NCBI GenBank assembly: GCA_036676985.1 | Contig: JAKFBU010000028.1 | Span: forward strand, 1 to 64,000 | Reading direction: 5' to 3' | Length of the DNA: 64,000 bases | Origin: Candidatus Sericytochromatia bacterium | Lineage (GTDB): Bacteria > Cyanobacteriota > Sericytochromatia > S15B-MN24 > UBA4093 | Part shown: in pieces, positions 1-10,134 of the stretch | How positions within the stretch are numbered: position 1 is the first letter of the stretch | Layout of the letters: each line of letters starts with the position of its first letter | Made by a program: the position numbers and the translations under genes | Notes under the pieces: model-generated | The model's input: only the letters and a program-made list of their open reading frames with translations | What the model was told of the DNA's origin: nothing | Databases searched by the model: none

Positions 1-168
1 GCGGTGGAGGAAGAACTCGACGGAGAGGTCGTCCGACGTGAGCCCCGTGTAGGAGGCCGGAGCGGGGCTGGCCGCGTGCCAGCGGCGCAGCAAGGCGGTC
101 TTGCCCGCGCCGGGTCCGGCGCTCAGGAAGATCGAGCACGAAGGCTCGAGGTAACGGGGTGGAACCAT
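1..168 (-). CDS. N-terminus of a MalT-like P-loop (STAND) regulator, runs off the window edge
   Basis: Manual translation from ATG at 168: MVPPRYLEPSCSIFLSAGPGAGKTALLRRW..., Walker A like MalT APAGYGKT; frame open to base 1. Confidence 0.6.
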   Translation of the reverse strand, partial: MVPPRYLEPSCSIFLSAGPGAGKTALLRRWHAASPAPASYTGLTSDDLSVEFFLHR

Positions 169-806
169 GCGGCGCAACGTTCGAATCAGCAGAGGGCAGG
201 AGGTGCAATTCAGCCTGTGAACGGCACTGCGCCACTATACCAAGGGTAGCGGGAATCGAAACTTGCAATTCCTTGCAGGCAGATGAAGTCGATGTCTCGT
301 CGACGGGCGGGCGCGGCGTGCGATCGTGAGAACTCCCTCATGAAGGCCTGGGATGTTCCGTCCTGCGCCTGTCATGAGGCCTGCTGGGCGAGCAGCGGCG
401 CTGGCCAGGCCGATAGGAAGCCACAAGGATGAAGCGAATCGTGCGCATGAGCCAGTTTGCCACCGGTTCATCCTCGCAAGGAGCCATGTCCACGCTCCAG
501 CGTCGAATATGTCCTCCAGGAGTACACCAAGTAGTCGATTGGGGTGAGACGCTCGGTGCGAACTTGGTAGGTCATTGACGGGCACACTCGGTCCCTGACG
601 GTGGCCATGGCTTGACGGCTACCTACTTTGTGCAAGGGGCTTATCCTCAGGGCCAATAAATGACGCGGCAGGGCTTCGGTGTGATGAACCGAGAGCCGCC
701 ACGCTTTCGGACCTTCGAAAGGTTGGGCGTATAATGGTCGAGCTTGAAGCCCGAGGTCTGCCCCACCACGCTGCCTAGCTTTATTCTCGAACTTGTAGGT
801 GCGAAC

Positions 807-1532
807 ATGGATTTTCTGCGATTTGGCACGGATATGCTCTTTGGTGAGCTGAAGGCCAATTTGGAGTTTGGTAAGGAATTCATCGTCAGATCTGCGAATG
901 AACTTGGCCAGATTGTTCGCGAATCGAAGATCGAATGGAATGAACTTTGGAGCGAAGGCTTCCGCCAAATCATGATCGAGGGTAACCCTGCCTGGGACGG
1001 ATCCTATAAGCAGTTCATCGCCAATCAGACGCGGCGGCGCGAGCTTGGCGAGCCTCTCGTCGGCGATGTCCTCGTCATCGAGCGGATGGGCGGCGTCTAT
1101 GATCACTACGCAATCTACCTGGGAAACCAAAGGGTCATCCATTACACGTCGGATACCGGAGATTTTGGCGACAATGAAATCCAAATCACCGGAATGGAGC
1201 GTTTTCTGGATGGACGTCGTCACTACCGGACCATCGACTTCTCGGAATACGGTACCCGCGTCGAGATCAGCTTTCCTGACCAAGATGCCGTCAACTTTTT
1301 CCATCCGCCTGCCGATTTCGATCGATTGAAGGCGAATGGTGAGTTCCGTCTGTTCAGTCCTGAGAAGACAGTCATTCGAGCTCGCGAATGCCTCGGCGAG
1401 AAGCGATATGACCTGTTCGAAAACAATTGCGAGCATTTTGCGATCTGGTGTCGGACGGGTATGGCCAAGTCTAGCCAGGTCGAGAAGTTCTTTGGTCCTC
1501 AAAGCGTCAAAAGGTTTGCGCTTCAGGCCTGA
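807..1532 (+). CDS. LRAT / NC-domain (permuted NlpC/P60) protein
   Basis: YDHYAIYLG..VIHY and YDLFENNCEHFA motifs; ATG 807 preferred over TTG 744. Confidence 0.85.
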   Translation: MDFLRFGTDMLFGELKANLEFGKEFIVRSANELGQIVRESKIEWNELWSEGFRQIMIEGNPAWDGSYKQFIANQTRRRELGEPLVGDVLVIERMGGVYDHYAIYLGNQRVIHYTSDTGDFGDNEIQITGMERFLDGRRHYRTIDFSEYGTRVEISFPDQDAVNFFHPPADFDRLKANGEFRLFSPEKTVIRARECLGEKRYDLFENNCEHFAIWCRTGMAKSSQVEKFFGPQSVKRFALQA

Positions 1533-1626
1533 GAACATGCCGTTGCCGTCCTTCCAGACCATGCGCTTGGGGGCCTCGAACGTGGAGACTTTTGGTTGAA
1601 GGTTCGGTCGGGGGCGTCCTTGGAAT
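1527..1626 (-). pseudogene. Frameshifted fragment of an SRPBCC-domain gene
   Basis: SKDAPDRTF / PKVSTFEAPKRMVWKDGNGMFSG across a 1-base frameshift near 1595; no start or end of gene. Confidence 0.45.
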
Positions 1627-1651
1627 GGCCGTGAAAGGGATTGGACGCACG

Positions 1652-2017
1652 ATGAGCTACGACGAGACGTTGGCCGCACGATTGCGCCAGGTGCTACCGC
1701 TGCGCGAGGACCTGACGGAATTGAAGATGTTCGGGGGGCTGGCGTTCATGCTCGACGGCAAGATGTTCATCGGCATCGTCCGCGACGAGTTGATGGTGCG
1801 GGTGGGGGCTGAGCGTTACGACGAGGCCCTTTCTCGCCCCCACGTTCGTCCGATGGACTTCACGGGGCGTCCGATGAAGGGCTACGTCTTCGTGACGCCG
1901 GAGGGGCACCGGGATGTGGGGGCGATCGCCGAATGGGTGGACTGGTCGATGGAGGTCGCCGCGGCTCTGCCTCGGAAGAAGCCTGCCAAGGCCCGTCCCA
2001 GGAATCCCCGGGTCTGA
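1652..2017 (+). CDS. TfoX N-terminal domain protein
   Basis: KMFGGLAFMLDGKMFIG and PMDFTGRPMKGYVFV. Confidence 0.85.
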   Translation: MSYDETLAARLRQVLPLREDLTELKMFGGLAFMLDGKMFIGIVRDELMVRVGAERYDEALSRPHVRPMDFTGRPMKGYVFVTPEGHRDVGAIAEWVDWSMEVAAALPRKKPAKARPRNPRV

Positions 2018-2021
2018 GACG

Positions 2022-2738
2022 TTACGGATCCATCAGGTTCAGGGACCAATCCGTCTTATCGTCTGCGTCAACGTCTACCCAATAGAAGCCGCCAGACAAG
2101 CCCGTTGCCGTCGAAGCCGTCGCTTGAGAGACAAGGAGCGACATTGAGAAGTAAGAAAGTCCCTGTTCGTTGCGGAGCTTAAAGGCCACCCCTTTGGCAT
2201 TTTGACCGGCACTGAAGGTCTTGAGACCGCTCGGAATTCGGTAGGGTCCAAAGATGTTTCTTCCCGTTCCGGCGAGGCTTTCAAAGGGAACGGCCTCCGA
2301 TAGGCGAGGCTGTTCCACACGAATGGACCATGTGCCGGCGGATGAGACGTTGAAGAGATATTCACCCTTCGCCAGCGACGTTAACTGGTGTTTTGAATAG
2401 GAGAGGCCGGATCCTATCGCCAGAAGCGAAACATGGCTCCCTTGGCCATTCAGGAGGGTGACGATGAACGGACCAGACTCGGTATTTTCATTCCGCATCC
2501 GAAAGACCGTAGGGCCGCCTGCAAGCAAGAAGTGCTCAGAGGCCTGCTCTCCAGTTCCATTGATCGTGAAGGGAGATGGCCCTGGTGTGGGGGTGGAAAT
2601 AGGCTGAACTGTGGGAGTCGCTGTGGGGCTGGTGCCATTAAGGGCATTTGCCTGACGCAAGCCATCGGCTTCGGCACATGCGCTCAGCATCAAGGGGATG
2701 ACAAGAGCAACCGTTCGTGGTTCAAGCCGGTGCGTCAT
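2022..2738 (-). CDS. Hypothetical lipoprotein, beta-sandwich repeats
   Basis: Lipobox LSAC, Pro/Thr linker, two beta-rich repeats. Confidence 0.7.
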   Translation of the reverse strand: MTHRLEPRTVALVIPLMLSACAEADGLRQANALNGTSPTATPTVQPISTPTPGPSPFTINGTGEQASEHFLLAGGPTVFRMRNENTESGPFIVTLLNGQGSHVSLLAIGSGLSYSKHQLTSLAKGEYLFNVSSAGTWSIRVEQPRLSEAVPFESLAGTGRNIFGPYRIPSGLKTFSAGQNAKGVAFKLRNEQGLSYFSMSLLVSQATASTATGLSGGFYWVDVDADDKTDWSLNLMDP

Positions 2739-2912
2739 CCCAGAACCGCCTGCGTCGCGGCCGGAACTACTCGTTGCATCTCGTAGTAGCACTCCTCTTC
2801 AATGTATCTGATGGCCCGCTCAAGGCCCACAAGGGCTTCTTCTGGCGAATTCATCCACGATCTCCTGGTTAGCTTTGTCCTTGCCGACTGTGGGCAGTGT
2901 TCTAGGCGACCA

Positions 2913-3332
2913 TCAATGCGTTGAAGGCATCGGAAGCACGTCTTCCGGGCCAACGATGCTTACAGCCGCGTCTGATGAGACCAGGAGCCAGTGCAAATTA
3001 AGGGCTCGACGTACCCGGCGACTGATCTGACGTAGCTGCTTTCGGTATGGGGGAATATCGGGTAAGGCCAGCCCGAAGCGGGCCGTCTCATCATCAAGCA
3101 TTCGCTTGAGCAACTGCCCCATACAAGTGTTGAAATCCAAGCCAATCGAAGAGCTGTGCCCCTTGGCCTCAATAACCCAGCGCTGCCCCGATTGGGGATC
3201 TACACAGGCCAGGTCTGTGTAGCCCTCATCAAGCAACTCGTAGCCCTGACTGGCAAAGTGAGCCTCGATCGAGTGCTGGACAAAACCCTCGGCAGGGAAC
3301 TCCGTCCCGAGCGGAAAGCGGCGTGCCTTCAT
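2913..3332 (-). CDS. PD-(D/E)XK restriction-endonuclease-like protein
   Basis: E..VQ, TDLAC, VIEAKG, GQLL motifs; start overlaps upstream stop (ATGA). Confidence 0.7.
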   Translation of the reverse strand: MKARRFPLGTEFPAEGFVQHSIEAHFASQGYELLDEGYTDLACVDPQSGQRWVIEAKGHSSSIGLDFNTCMGQLLKRMLDDETARFGLALPDIPPYRKQLRQISRRVRRALNLHWLLVSSDAAVSIVGPEDVLPMPSTH

Positions 3333-4093
3333 ATCTGGGCGCCCAGCGCGGCCTCGCCGAAAAGTTTGATCAGCAAATCGTGGACACCGTTCTCCACAGA
3401 CTCGAAGCACCCGGCAGGCACACGACGGATCGCCGGGCGGATTCCCTTGACTCCAAGGGCATTTGCCTTCGTGTGCTTCGCGGGCTTATGCATGTCTGTG
3501 AGTGGCAACGGTTCGTTTGGTTCGCCGCCGAAAAACCGGTAGCTCAACCTCATGCGCTTGGTGACGCTGTCCTCCTCAACCAAGATCCAAATGGCGCAGC
3601 CCGCCGGCTTTGCCATGAGCCTGGAGTTTAGGTTTTGGCCAGACGCCCTTGCACCTTTCCGGGTGGACTTCAATTGCACGTGTCGGACAATACCGGCAAG
3701 TTCGAGCACGAGGTCATATCCACTGGCGTCGATCTCGGAGCGCAAGACGTCAATGCGCAAGCGATGGCTCACCCAGCCTTCTTGCAACAACTCAGCGATG
3801 AAGAGGTGCTCGATAAGCTTTTCGCGGTAGGTTGAATGGAGGAAGTCCGAGTTATCGACAACCCTTACGTTTTTCACTCGTGGCTTCGTGCTTTCGCCAA
3901 CCAGCGGCCAGCTAGCAGGGGGGAAGCGTCTCTTGAACTCCTGATACCGGGCCTCTCCTGAAAGTTCGGGGAAGTCCTTGTCATGCGCCCTTCCTTTGAC
4001 GTGCGTGTCAATGCCGATATGACCTTGGGCGAACTTCTTTTCACAATCGGGAATGGGGCACATTCCACGACTGGTACGGATTTGCTGCGCCAT
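3329..4093 (-). CDS. C2H2 zinc finger + PD-(D/E)XK-like nuclease
   Basis: CPIPDCEKKF...H...H at N-terminus; GYDLVLE...HVQLKS nuclease core. Confidence 0.7.
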   Translation of the reverse strand: MAQQIRTSRGMCPIPDCEKKFAQGHIGIDTHVKGRAHDKDFPELSGEARYQEFKRRFPPASWPLVGESTKPRVKNVRVVDNSDFLHSTYREKLIEHLFIAELLQEGWVSHRLRIDVLRSEIDASGYDLVLELAGIVRHVQLKSTRKGARASGQNLNSRLMAKPAGCAIWILVEEDSVTKRMRLSYRFFGGEPNEPLPLTDMHKPAKHTKANALGVKGIRPAIRRVPAGCFESVENGVHDLLIKLFGEAALGAQI

Positions 4094-4443
4094 TTCAGTT
4101 CTCCGATATAAGCAGCGGGCGAGCGTTTGTGTTAGTTATGAATATTGCTTCCTGCGAGCGACAGGAAGCCGTCTATCAGATCTTATCCACTCGGGGCACG
4201 CTTCGACAAGCGCAATATCCCTGGCAGCTTCCATTGCGCAATGAGCGTCAATCTCGAGAATAGGTGGGTGCAACACTTAGGCTACAAGTGCCTTTATACG
4301 ATAAACCAGCTAAGGAGTGTGTTTTGACGTAAGCTTCCAGAAGCGATCATCGCCTGGGTGCCTAGGGCTATGGAGGTCGTTGCAGCCCTTCTGTACAAGA
4401 AGCCAGTCAAGCCACGCCCACCGAAGCCTATAAGCGTTCAGGC

Positions 4444-5652
4444 CTATGGGCCTGGGAGGTCAACTGTTACTAGGCGCTTGTCTTGAGCCTGGCCCGAATG
4501 ACAGATCAACTGGCGCTCATTGAGCCACCCAAGGGGCGTCATGCCCTGGGCGACGTCGGATTCTACTTTCGTTTCGAAGGAGATCAGCCGGTTGTGAGGC
4601 GGCACGACGACTTGGTCCCCGCAGCCTGAAGTCTGGCGCACGATGGAGCGGCACACAAGTACGCGGTTGCCGTCCGGAGCTGCCCAGAGGCCCTCGATTC
4701 GGTAGCTCTGCCCATCGGTGAGGGCGGGCAGGGAGACCTGCGTGATCTGGGGTGACGTCGCGCCGTTGGCGTAGCGATGGCGTGTGATCCGGTTGGTCCT
4801 ATCCAAGAAATAGGTGTCGAGGGTCGATCCGTCTGAGGACCATCCGAGGTGCGCATAGCCGGACGACCATTGCACCGTCTCCAGCGGCGTTGGCTGCCAG
4901 TCGGTCCCTTCGAAGAGAATGGGATGGGTGCCGCTTGGCTTGTCGTTCAAGACCGCGAACTTCTGGCCGGTCGGGCTCCAGCGGGCAGCATGCGTGGTCG
5001 AGAGGGACATGGCCTCCGAGGGCACGGTCTGCTTGGTCCCGCTCGCCACGGAAAGTAGCTCCAGAGGGCTGTCCGCCTTTTCGGCTCCGAAGCCGTTGAG
5101 CAAGACCTGATCGGCCAGGGGTGAAACGAAGTAACTGCCTAGATTCTTCAGCCGGGCGATCGATTGCAAGGCACCGTCCGCCACGGAGGCGCGCCAGAGC
5201 GTGAAGCCGTCCGGCAGCGGAACGGCGTCCGGTGGGGCATCCGGGCGCATGCCTGCTCGCGTGACTTCCCGCGTCAGGAAGAAGAGGGAGGTCTCGTCCG
5301 AGCTCCATTGCAAGTGCTGTGGTCCGAGCCCCGTCTTGGCGACCTTGCGGATGCTCCCACCGATGTCCCCCACGAAGAGGGAGTAATCGTCCTGGGCATC
5401 CCGTCCCTGAAAGGCCACCTTTTGGCCGCTGGGGGAGATGGCGAGCTCTGCGAACTCGCCGCTGACGTCGGAGAGCCGCTTTTGGTCGTAGTGCGCGGTC
5501 CCCTGGTAGCGGTAGGTATCGCCCGACTCCCAGAACCAGCGCCACGTCCTGGAAGGGGCCTCACCGCAGCCGCTCGCGGGGGACGTGACCGGAACGCACG
5601 CCGTCACGAACCCCTGAAGCAAGCAGATGATCAAGACACCGCGGAGTTCCAT
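4444..5652 (-). CDS. TolB-like beta-propeller lipoprotein
   Basis: Lipobox VTAC; ISPSG, WSSD, WSPTG, WAAPDG blade repeats. Confidence 0.75.
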   Translation of the reverse strand: MELRGVLIICLLQGFVTACVPVTSPASGCGEAPSRTWRWFWESGDTYRYQGTAHYDQKRLSDVSGEFAELAISPSGQKVAFQGRDAQDDYSLFVGDIGGSIRKVAKTGLGPQHLQWSSDETSLFFLTREVTRAGMRPDAPPDAVPLPDGFTLWRASVADGALQSIARLKNLGSYFVSPLADQVLLNGFGAEKADSPLELLSVASGTKQTVPSEAMSLSTTHAARWSPTGQKFAVLNDKPSGTHPILFEGTDWQPTPLETVQWSSGYAHLGWSSDGSTLDTYFLDRTNRITRHRYANGATSPQITQVSLPALTDGQSYRIEGLWAAPDGNRVLVCRSIVRQTSGCGDQVVVPPHNRLISFETKVESDVAQGMTPLGWLNERQLICHSGQAQDKRLVTVDLPGP

Positions 5653-5830
5653 GGTTGACCCTCGGATAAGCAGCCTATCGTATGGTTTTGTATTATACTC
5701 ATAATCATGCCTCGTTTGCGTACTGAAACGCTCGTCGCCTCCTGGATAGCGGAGGGGGCGATCGCGCATCGAGGCCTGGAAGGTGAGCCGGCTGCTAGGA
5801 TGGCCCACTGAGCTTGGGCGTGGAGTAGAC

Positions 5831-6436
5831 ATGCTGAGACGTGGACGGCCGTTAGCCGGAGCGTTGGTTCTCCTGGGACTGTTTGGGATGCCGGCACAGG
5901 GTGCGCCCTTGAAGGCGACGTGGGGCCTCTCGCTCACGCCCTTCACGGCGGCCCTGGAAACCGAGGTCGCCTGGGAGGGGAGCCCCTACGGGATCTCCAG
6001 CCGCCTGGGGGCAATGGGTACCCCTTACTTCACCTCGTCCGACATGGGCCTCGAGCCCCGCGGCAACTGGTGGACCACCTGGGGGCACTACACCATGGAA
6101 TTCGGGACCAGAAGCTTTCTACGGGGCATGCTGGGCCTCAGCCAGAGCTGGTTCTTCGGCGGGGCGCCCATCCCCTTCCGCAGCTGGTACTCCAGCGTTC
6201 AGCCTCTGGTGCCCTTCGTCGGCATCTCGTATGAGCACGGCTGGGACGGTGGGTGGCTTCGGCTGACACCGACCGTCACCATCATCCCGAGCCCCCCGGT
6301 CGGCTCGTCGTTCGACTTCTGGGAGGCCTCGGTCCTTGGCCCGCCCTTGATCGAGTTCGGTTTTCGTCTGGATGAGCGGTCCGAGTGGAGGCTGCGCACC
6401 AGCCTGACGCCGTTCGCCTACGTGCGCTCTTTCTAG
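5831..6436 (+). CDS. Exported protein, probable small outer-membrane beta-barrel
   Basis: Signal peptide ending AQG; alternating aromatic strands; C-terminal Phe. Confidence 0.6.
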   Translation: MLRRGRPLAGALVLLGLFGMPAQGAPLKATWGLSLTPFTAALETEVAWEGSPYGISSRLGAMGTPYFTSSDMGLEPRGNWWTTWGHYTMEFGTRSFLRGMLGLSQSWFFGGAPIPFRSWYSSVQPLVPFVGISYEHGWDGGWLRLTPTVTIIPSPPVGSSFDFWEASVLGPPLIEFGFRLDERSEWRLRTSLTPFAYVRSF

Positions 6437-6453
6437 CCTGGAGGCCTCGCGAT

Positions 6454-6939
6454 ATGCGGAAACTTGCTATTCTCACCGCGTTGTTACTGTCGGGGTGCGA
6501 CTATTCATTGCGCATCCCGTATCCCAAGGTCGAAAAGGTCGACCGCGGCACGTCATTCCAGAGCTCGGTGGCCTCGTCGAGCGTTCAGCCGAGCATGCCG
6601 ACCTTCGGGGAGACGGTCACCGTGACCTTGATGGGCTTGGATCCCAAGTACTACCACTCGTTGTATCTATCGTATGGCGATGTGTCTGGCGGGGACCCGG
6701 ACAAGCCCAGCAAAGAGAAATATGCTCCCTACTACAAGTTAGGAAATCTCGTTCCGGTCAACGATGTGGCGACCATCAGCTTCGACCTGCGCCCAGTCAT
6801 GGGTAACGATCAGAATGGTGACCCGTTCAAGCTATCGAGAGGGCAACTCGTCACAATCGCCATCAAGAGCCAGCGGATCGACAAGCCTGAAATCTACGGC
6901 TTAGAGAGTGGAGGCCCCTACTCATTCCTCATCCAGTAA
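6454..6939 (+). CDS. Hypothetical lipoprotein
   Basis: GGAGG RBS; MRKLAILTALLLSGC lipobox. Confidence 0.75.
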   Translation: MRKLAILTALLLSGCDYSLRIPYPKVEKVDRGTSFQSSVASSSVQPSMPTFGETVTVTLMGLDPKYYHSLYLSYGDVSGGDPDKPSKEKYAPYYKLGNLVPVNDVATISFDLRPVMGNDQNGDPFKLSRGQLVTIAIKSQRIDKPEIYGLESGGPYSFLIQ

Positions 6940-8025
6940 TCAGTTGAGCCGGATCTTCGAGATTCGGTAGCCGTTGGTGACATAGATGCTTCCGCTGGCA
7001 TCCACGACAATACTCGTGACCTGTCCGAGGCGGACTTTCGCGCCCTCACCCTGCTCTTGCTTGGGCGCGTCCAGGCCGTAGGATCCTGCAATGGTCGTGA
7101 CGATGCCGTCTGGCGAAATCTTGCGAACGGTGCTCCCATCCGCCACGAAGATGTTGCCGGACGCGTCGGCCGCTACGTCTTCGGCCGAAGAGAAACGGGC
7201 CTGCGCGACCGGTCCGTCAACGTGCCACATGCGATAGTCGGAGGGGCCAGCCACCTTTGAAACCTCTCCCGAGGGCGTGATTCGCAGGATGCCCCGGGAG
7301 CGATCGGCGACGAGTAGGTTGCCATTGGCATCCATGCCGAGGCCCTGGGGATCCACAAAGGGCTTGCCGGTCGAGGATCCGGGCGTCTGGAGAAGCGGAC
7401 TCGGCCCTCCGGCTAGCGTGGACACGGTGCCGGATGGAGTGATCTTCCGAACGGAGCTCTGGTCAGCCACGTACACGTTCCCGTCCCGGTCGACGGCGAC
7501 ATCCCTCGGCATGAAGAATCGGGCCTCCAGTGCGGGCCCGTCGGCGTAGCCCTGCACGCCGCCGGCTAGCGTCGAGGCGGTGGCCTCTCCGGTGATCACT
7601 CGGATGCGGTTGTTGTTCGAGTCCGCGATATACAGGCGCTCTCCGGCGCTTGCCAAGCCAAGAGGGACGCTGAATCGCGCTTGAGCCAGCGGACCATCCG
7701 TTTCGCCCATCGTGGTGCCGGCCAGGTTCGAGACGGTGCCCGCCGGATCGACTTTTCGGATTCGATAGTATGGGGTCGACCCAATGTTGCCCAGGTCATT
7801 GACGAACAGGCTCCCGCTCGCATCGACGGCCAGGCCTCGCATGGACATGAACTTCGCCTCTGCGGCCGGCCCATTCCAGTAGCCCCGGACGCTGCCGGCG
7901 ACGGTCGTCACCACGGAGGCCTCATAGTTGATGACCGGCTGCGTCTCTGGCGGTCGGTAGGGAAAGCTACATCCGGCCAGAGCAACGGTTATGCCCATAA
8001 AGCACAGCTTCAGCGAAGTTTGCAT
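6940..8025 (-). CDS. NHL-repeat beta-propeller lipoprotein
   Basis: LAGC lipobox; repeated GLAVD..G.LYVAD...IRKI blades. Confidence 0.85.
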   Translation of the reverse strand: MQTSLKLCFMGITVALAGCSFPYRPPETQPVINYEASVVTTVAGSVRGYWNGPAAEAKFMSMRGLAVDASGSLFVNDLGNIGSTPYYRIRKVDPAGTVSNLAGTTMGETDGPLAQARFSVPLGLASAGERLYIADSNNNRIRVITGEATASTLAGGVQGYADGPALEARFFMPRDVAVDRDGNVYVADQSSVRKITPSGTVSTLAGGPSPLLQTPGSSTGKPFVDPQGLGMDANGNLLVADRSRGILRITPSGEVSKVAGPSDYRMWHVDGPVAQARFSSAEDVAADASGNIFVADGSTVRKISPDGIVTTIAGSYGLDAPKQEQGEGAKVRLGQVTSIVVDASGSIYVTNGYRISKIRLN

Positions 8026-8248
8026 CTCGTTGCCATCATCTCTTCCCTTGCCAAGGGAGTTATAGCAGCCAGTTACAATGATAATGATATCAGTCTATCG
8101 AATTTTGTTCGACAGGGACCTAATCCCAATTGGATGGCCAGTCCAAGGGTTCGTACTGGAAGGCGAATCACCTGACCCAGCTGTCGACGTTCGATAGTTG
8201 TTTCGCCAGGCGCACTACAAGCCTCGCCGCCGCCCGGATCCCGGGGCT

Positions 8249-8276
8249 TTGAGCGCGCACGCCTCTTTGCTATACT
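8249..8276 (+). promoter_or_regulatory. Sigma70-like promoter of the exporter operon
   Basis: TTGAGC-N16-TATACT with extended -10 TG, about 40 bp before GTG 8319. Confidence 0.45.
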
Positions 8277-8318
8277 GATCCGTCTGCCGCTTATCCATCA
8301 AGACAGGGCTCAAACCAC

Positions 8319-8861
8319 GTGCGCAAGGTGCTCTTCATCCTGGGTGAACTGAACGACGCGGACCTCGAATGGATGGTCACGCGCGGACAGGTCATGCACG
8401 TCCCCGCCGGGCAGGCCATCATCCAGCAGGGACGCCCCATCGACTCGATGTTCATCGTCCTGGACGGCGCCTTCGCCGTCACCCTCGAGGGCCCGCAGAG
8501 CACGACGGTGGCGACGCTCGGGTCCGGTGAGATGGTGGGCGAGATGTCCCTGGTGGACAACGCCCCGCCCTCGGCGACCGTTCGCGCCCTCCGGGAGAGC
8601 CGGGTGCTCGCCATGCCGTGCCCGGCCCTCAGCAAGAAGCTAGCCGACGACACGGGCTTTGCCGCGCGCTTCTACCGCGCCATGGCCATCTTCCTCTCCG
8701 ACCGCCTGCGCAGCACCACCCGCACGCTCGGCTACGGCGACGCCGTCTCCCTCGACGAGCACGTGCGCGCGGATGACGAGATCGACCCCGCTCTCCTCGA
8801 CAAGATCGCCCTGGCCGGCCTGCGCTTCGACACCATGCTGCGCCGACTCGCGGACGCCTGA
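8319..8861 (+). CDS. Cyclic-nucleotide-binding protein of NHLP bacteriocin transport clusters (TIGR03896-like)
   Basis: GEMVGEMSL cNMP fold; C-terminal DEID..LLD.IALAGLRFD.ML; gene context. Confidence 0.8.
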   Translation: MRKVLFILGELNDADLEWMVTRGQVMHVPAGQAIIQQGRPIDSMFIVLDGAFAVTLEGPQSTTVATLGSGEMVGEMSLVDNAPPSATVRALRESRVLAMPCPALSKKLADDTGFAARFYRAMAIFLSDRLRSTTRTLGYGDAVSLDEHVRADDEIDPALLDKIALAGLRFDTMLRRLADA

Positions 8862-8865
8862 GCCC

Positions 8866-10134
8866 ATGTCCACCACGCCCCTGCCGCCCTCATCCCTGCG
8901 CGTTCGCGACTCCCAGGCCTCCGTCACCGACCTGGACGACCTCCTGCAGGTCGTCAATCCCAAGGGATGGATCGTCCTGGTCTGTCTCACGGTCATCACC
9001 GGCCTCATTGTCCTGTGGGCCATCTACGGCCACATCCCCGTCACCGTCACGGGCGCGGGCATCCTCACCCGCCCCCACAAGGTCGTGGGCATCCAGAGCT
9101 TGGGCGCGGGCAAGCTGCACGAGGTCCACCTCGTCCCCGGCGCCGAAGTCCATGAGGGCGACGTCGTCGCCGAGCTAGACCAGCCCGAGCTCACGCGCCA
9201 GCTCGCCGAACAGAAGGCCCGGCTCGATCTGCTGGAGGCCCAGACCTCCCGGACCCTGGACCTCCAGGCCCATCACGACTCCGCGGAGCGCAGCTCCCTG
9301 GCCGAGCAGGAACGCAGCCTCAAGCACCGGATCGCCCAGGCCACCGCCCTCGCGCCCACCCTCAGGGCCCGCTACGAGGACCGCAAGCGACTCTACGACC
9401 TCCACGCGCTGCCCATCGACTCGGTGATCGACGCCGAGCAGAGCTACCGGGCCAATCAGGACCGCATCCCCGATCTGCAGAACCAGCTCCGACAGCTGAG
9501 CCTGCGTCGCGACCAGATGGCCCAGCAGTTCTCGGAACTCAGCGCCACCCGCACCATGCAGCAGAAGGACCTCAAGGCCTCCATCGCGGTGATCGAGGCG
9601 CAGATCCGCAACCAGGGCGCCATGCGCAGCCGCTTCTCGGGGCGCGTGCTCGAGGTCACAGCGACGGTAGGGCAGGTGGTCACCCCCGGCACGCGCGTGG
9701 CCACCATCGCGGTGGACGACCCCAGCCAGCCCCTGGTCGCCCTGCTCTACTTCCCGGTCCGCGACGGCAAGAAGGTCCTCCCCGGGCAGGACGCGCAGAC
9801 GACCCCCGACACGTTCAAGCGCGATCGCTTCGGCGGCATCACGGGCAAGGTCCTCTCGGTCTCGAGCTACCCCGTCACCAGGCAGGCCATGGCCAACACC
9901 CTCGGCAGCGACGACCTGGCGACGGTGCTCGCCAACGCCGGCCCCCAGATCGAGGTCACGGCCGCCCTGGACCCCAACCCGCGATCGCCCAGCGGCTACC
10001 ACTGGTCCGCTTCGGAAGGACCGCACGTGCCCCAGACGCCCGGCACGACCGTCACGAGCCGCATCACGGTCGAGACCCTGACGCCCGCCCAGCTCGCCAT
10101 CTCCCTGATGAGGCAGGCCAGTGCCATCTACTAG
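8866..10134 (+). CDS. NHLP bacteriocin system secretion protein, HlyD family (TIGR03794-like)
   Basis: LDDLLQVVNPKGW, one TM, coiled coil, FGGITGKV..VS.YP, SGYHWS. Confidence 0.9.
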   Translation: MSTTPLPPSSLRVRDSQASVTDLDDLLQVVNPKGWIVLVCLTVITGLIVLWAIYGHIPVTVTGAGILTRPHKVVGIQSLGAGKLHEVHLVPGAEVHEGDVVAELDQPELTRQLAEQKARLDLLEAQTSRTLDLQAHHDSAERSSLAEQERSLKHRIAQATALAPTLRARYEDRKRLYDLHALPIDSVIDAEQSYRANQDRIPDLQNQLRQLSLRRDQMAQQFSELSATRTMQQKDLKASIAVIEAQIRNQGAMRSRFSGRVLEVTATVGQVVTPGTRVATIAVDDPSQPLVALLYFPVRDGKKVLPGQDAQTTPDTFKRDRFGGITGKVLSVSSYPVTRQAMANTLGSDDLATVLANAGPQIEVTAALDPNPRSPSGYHWSASEGPHVPQTPGTTVTSRITVETLTPAQLAISLMRQASAIY

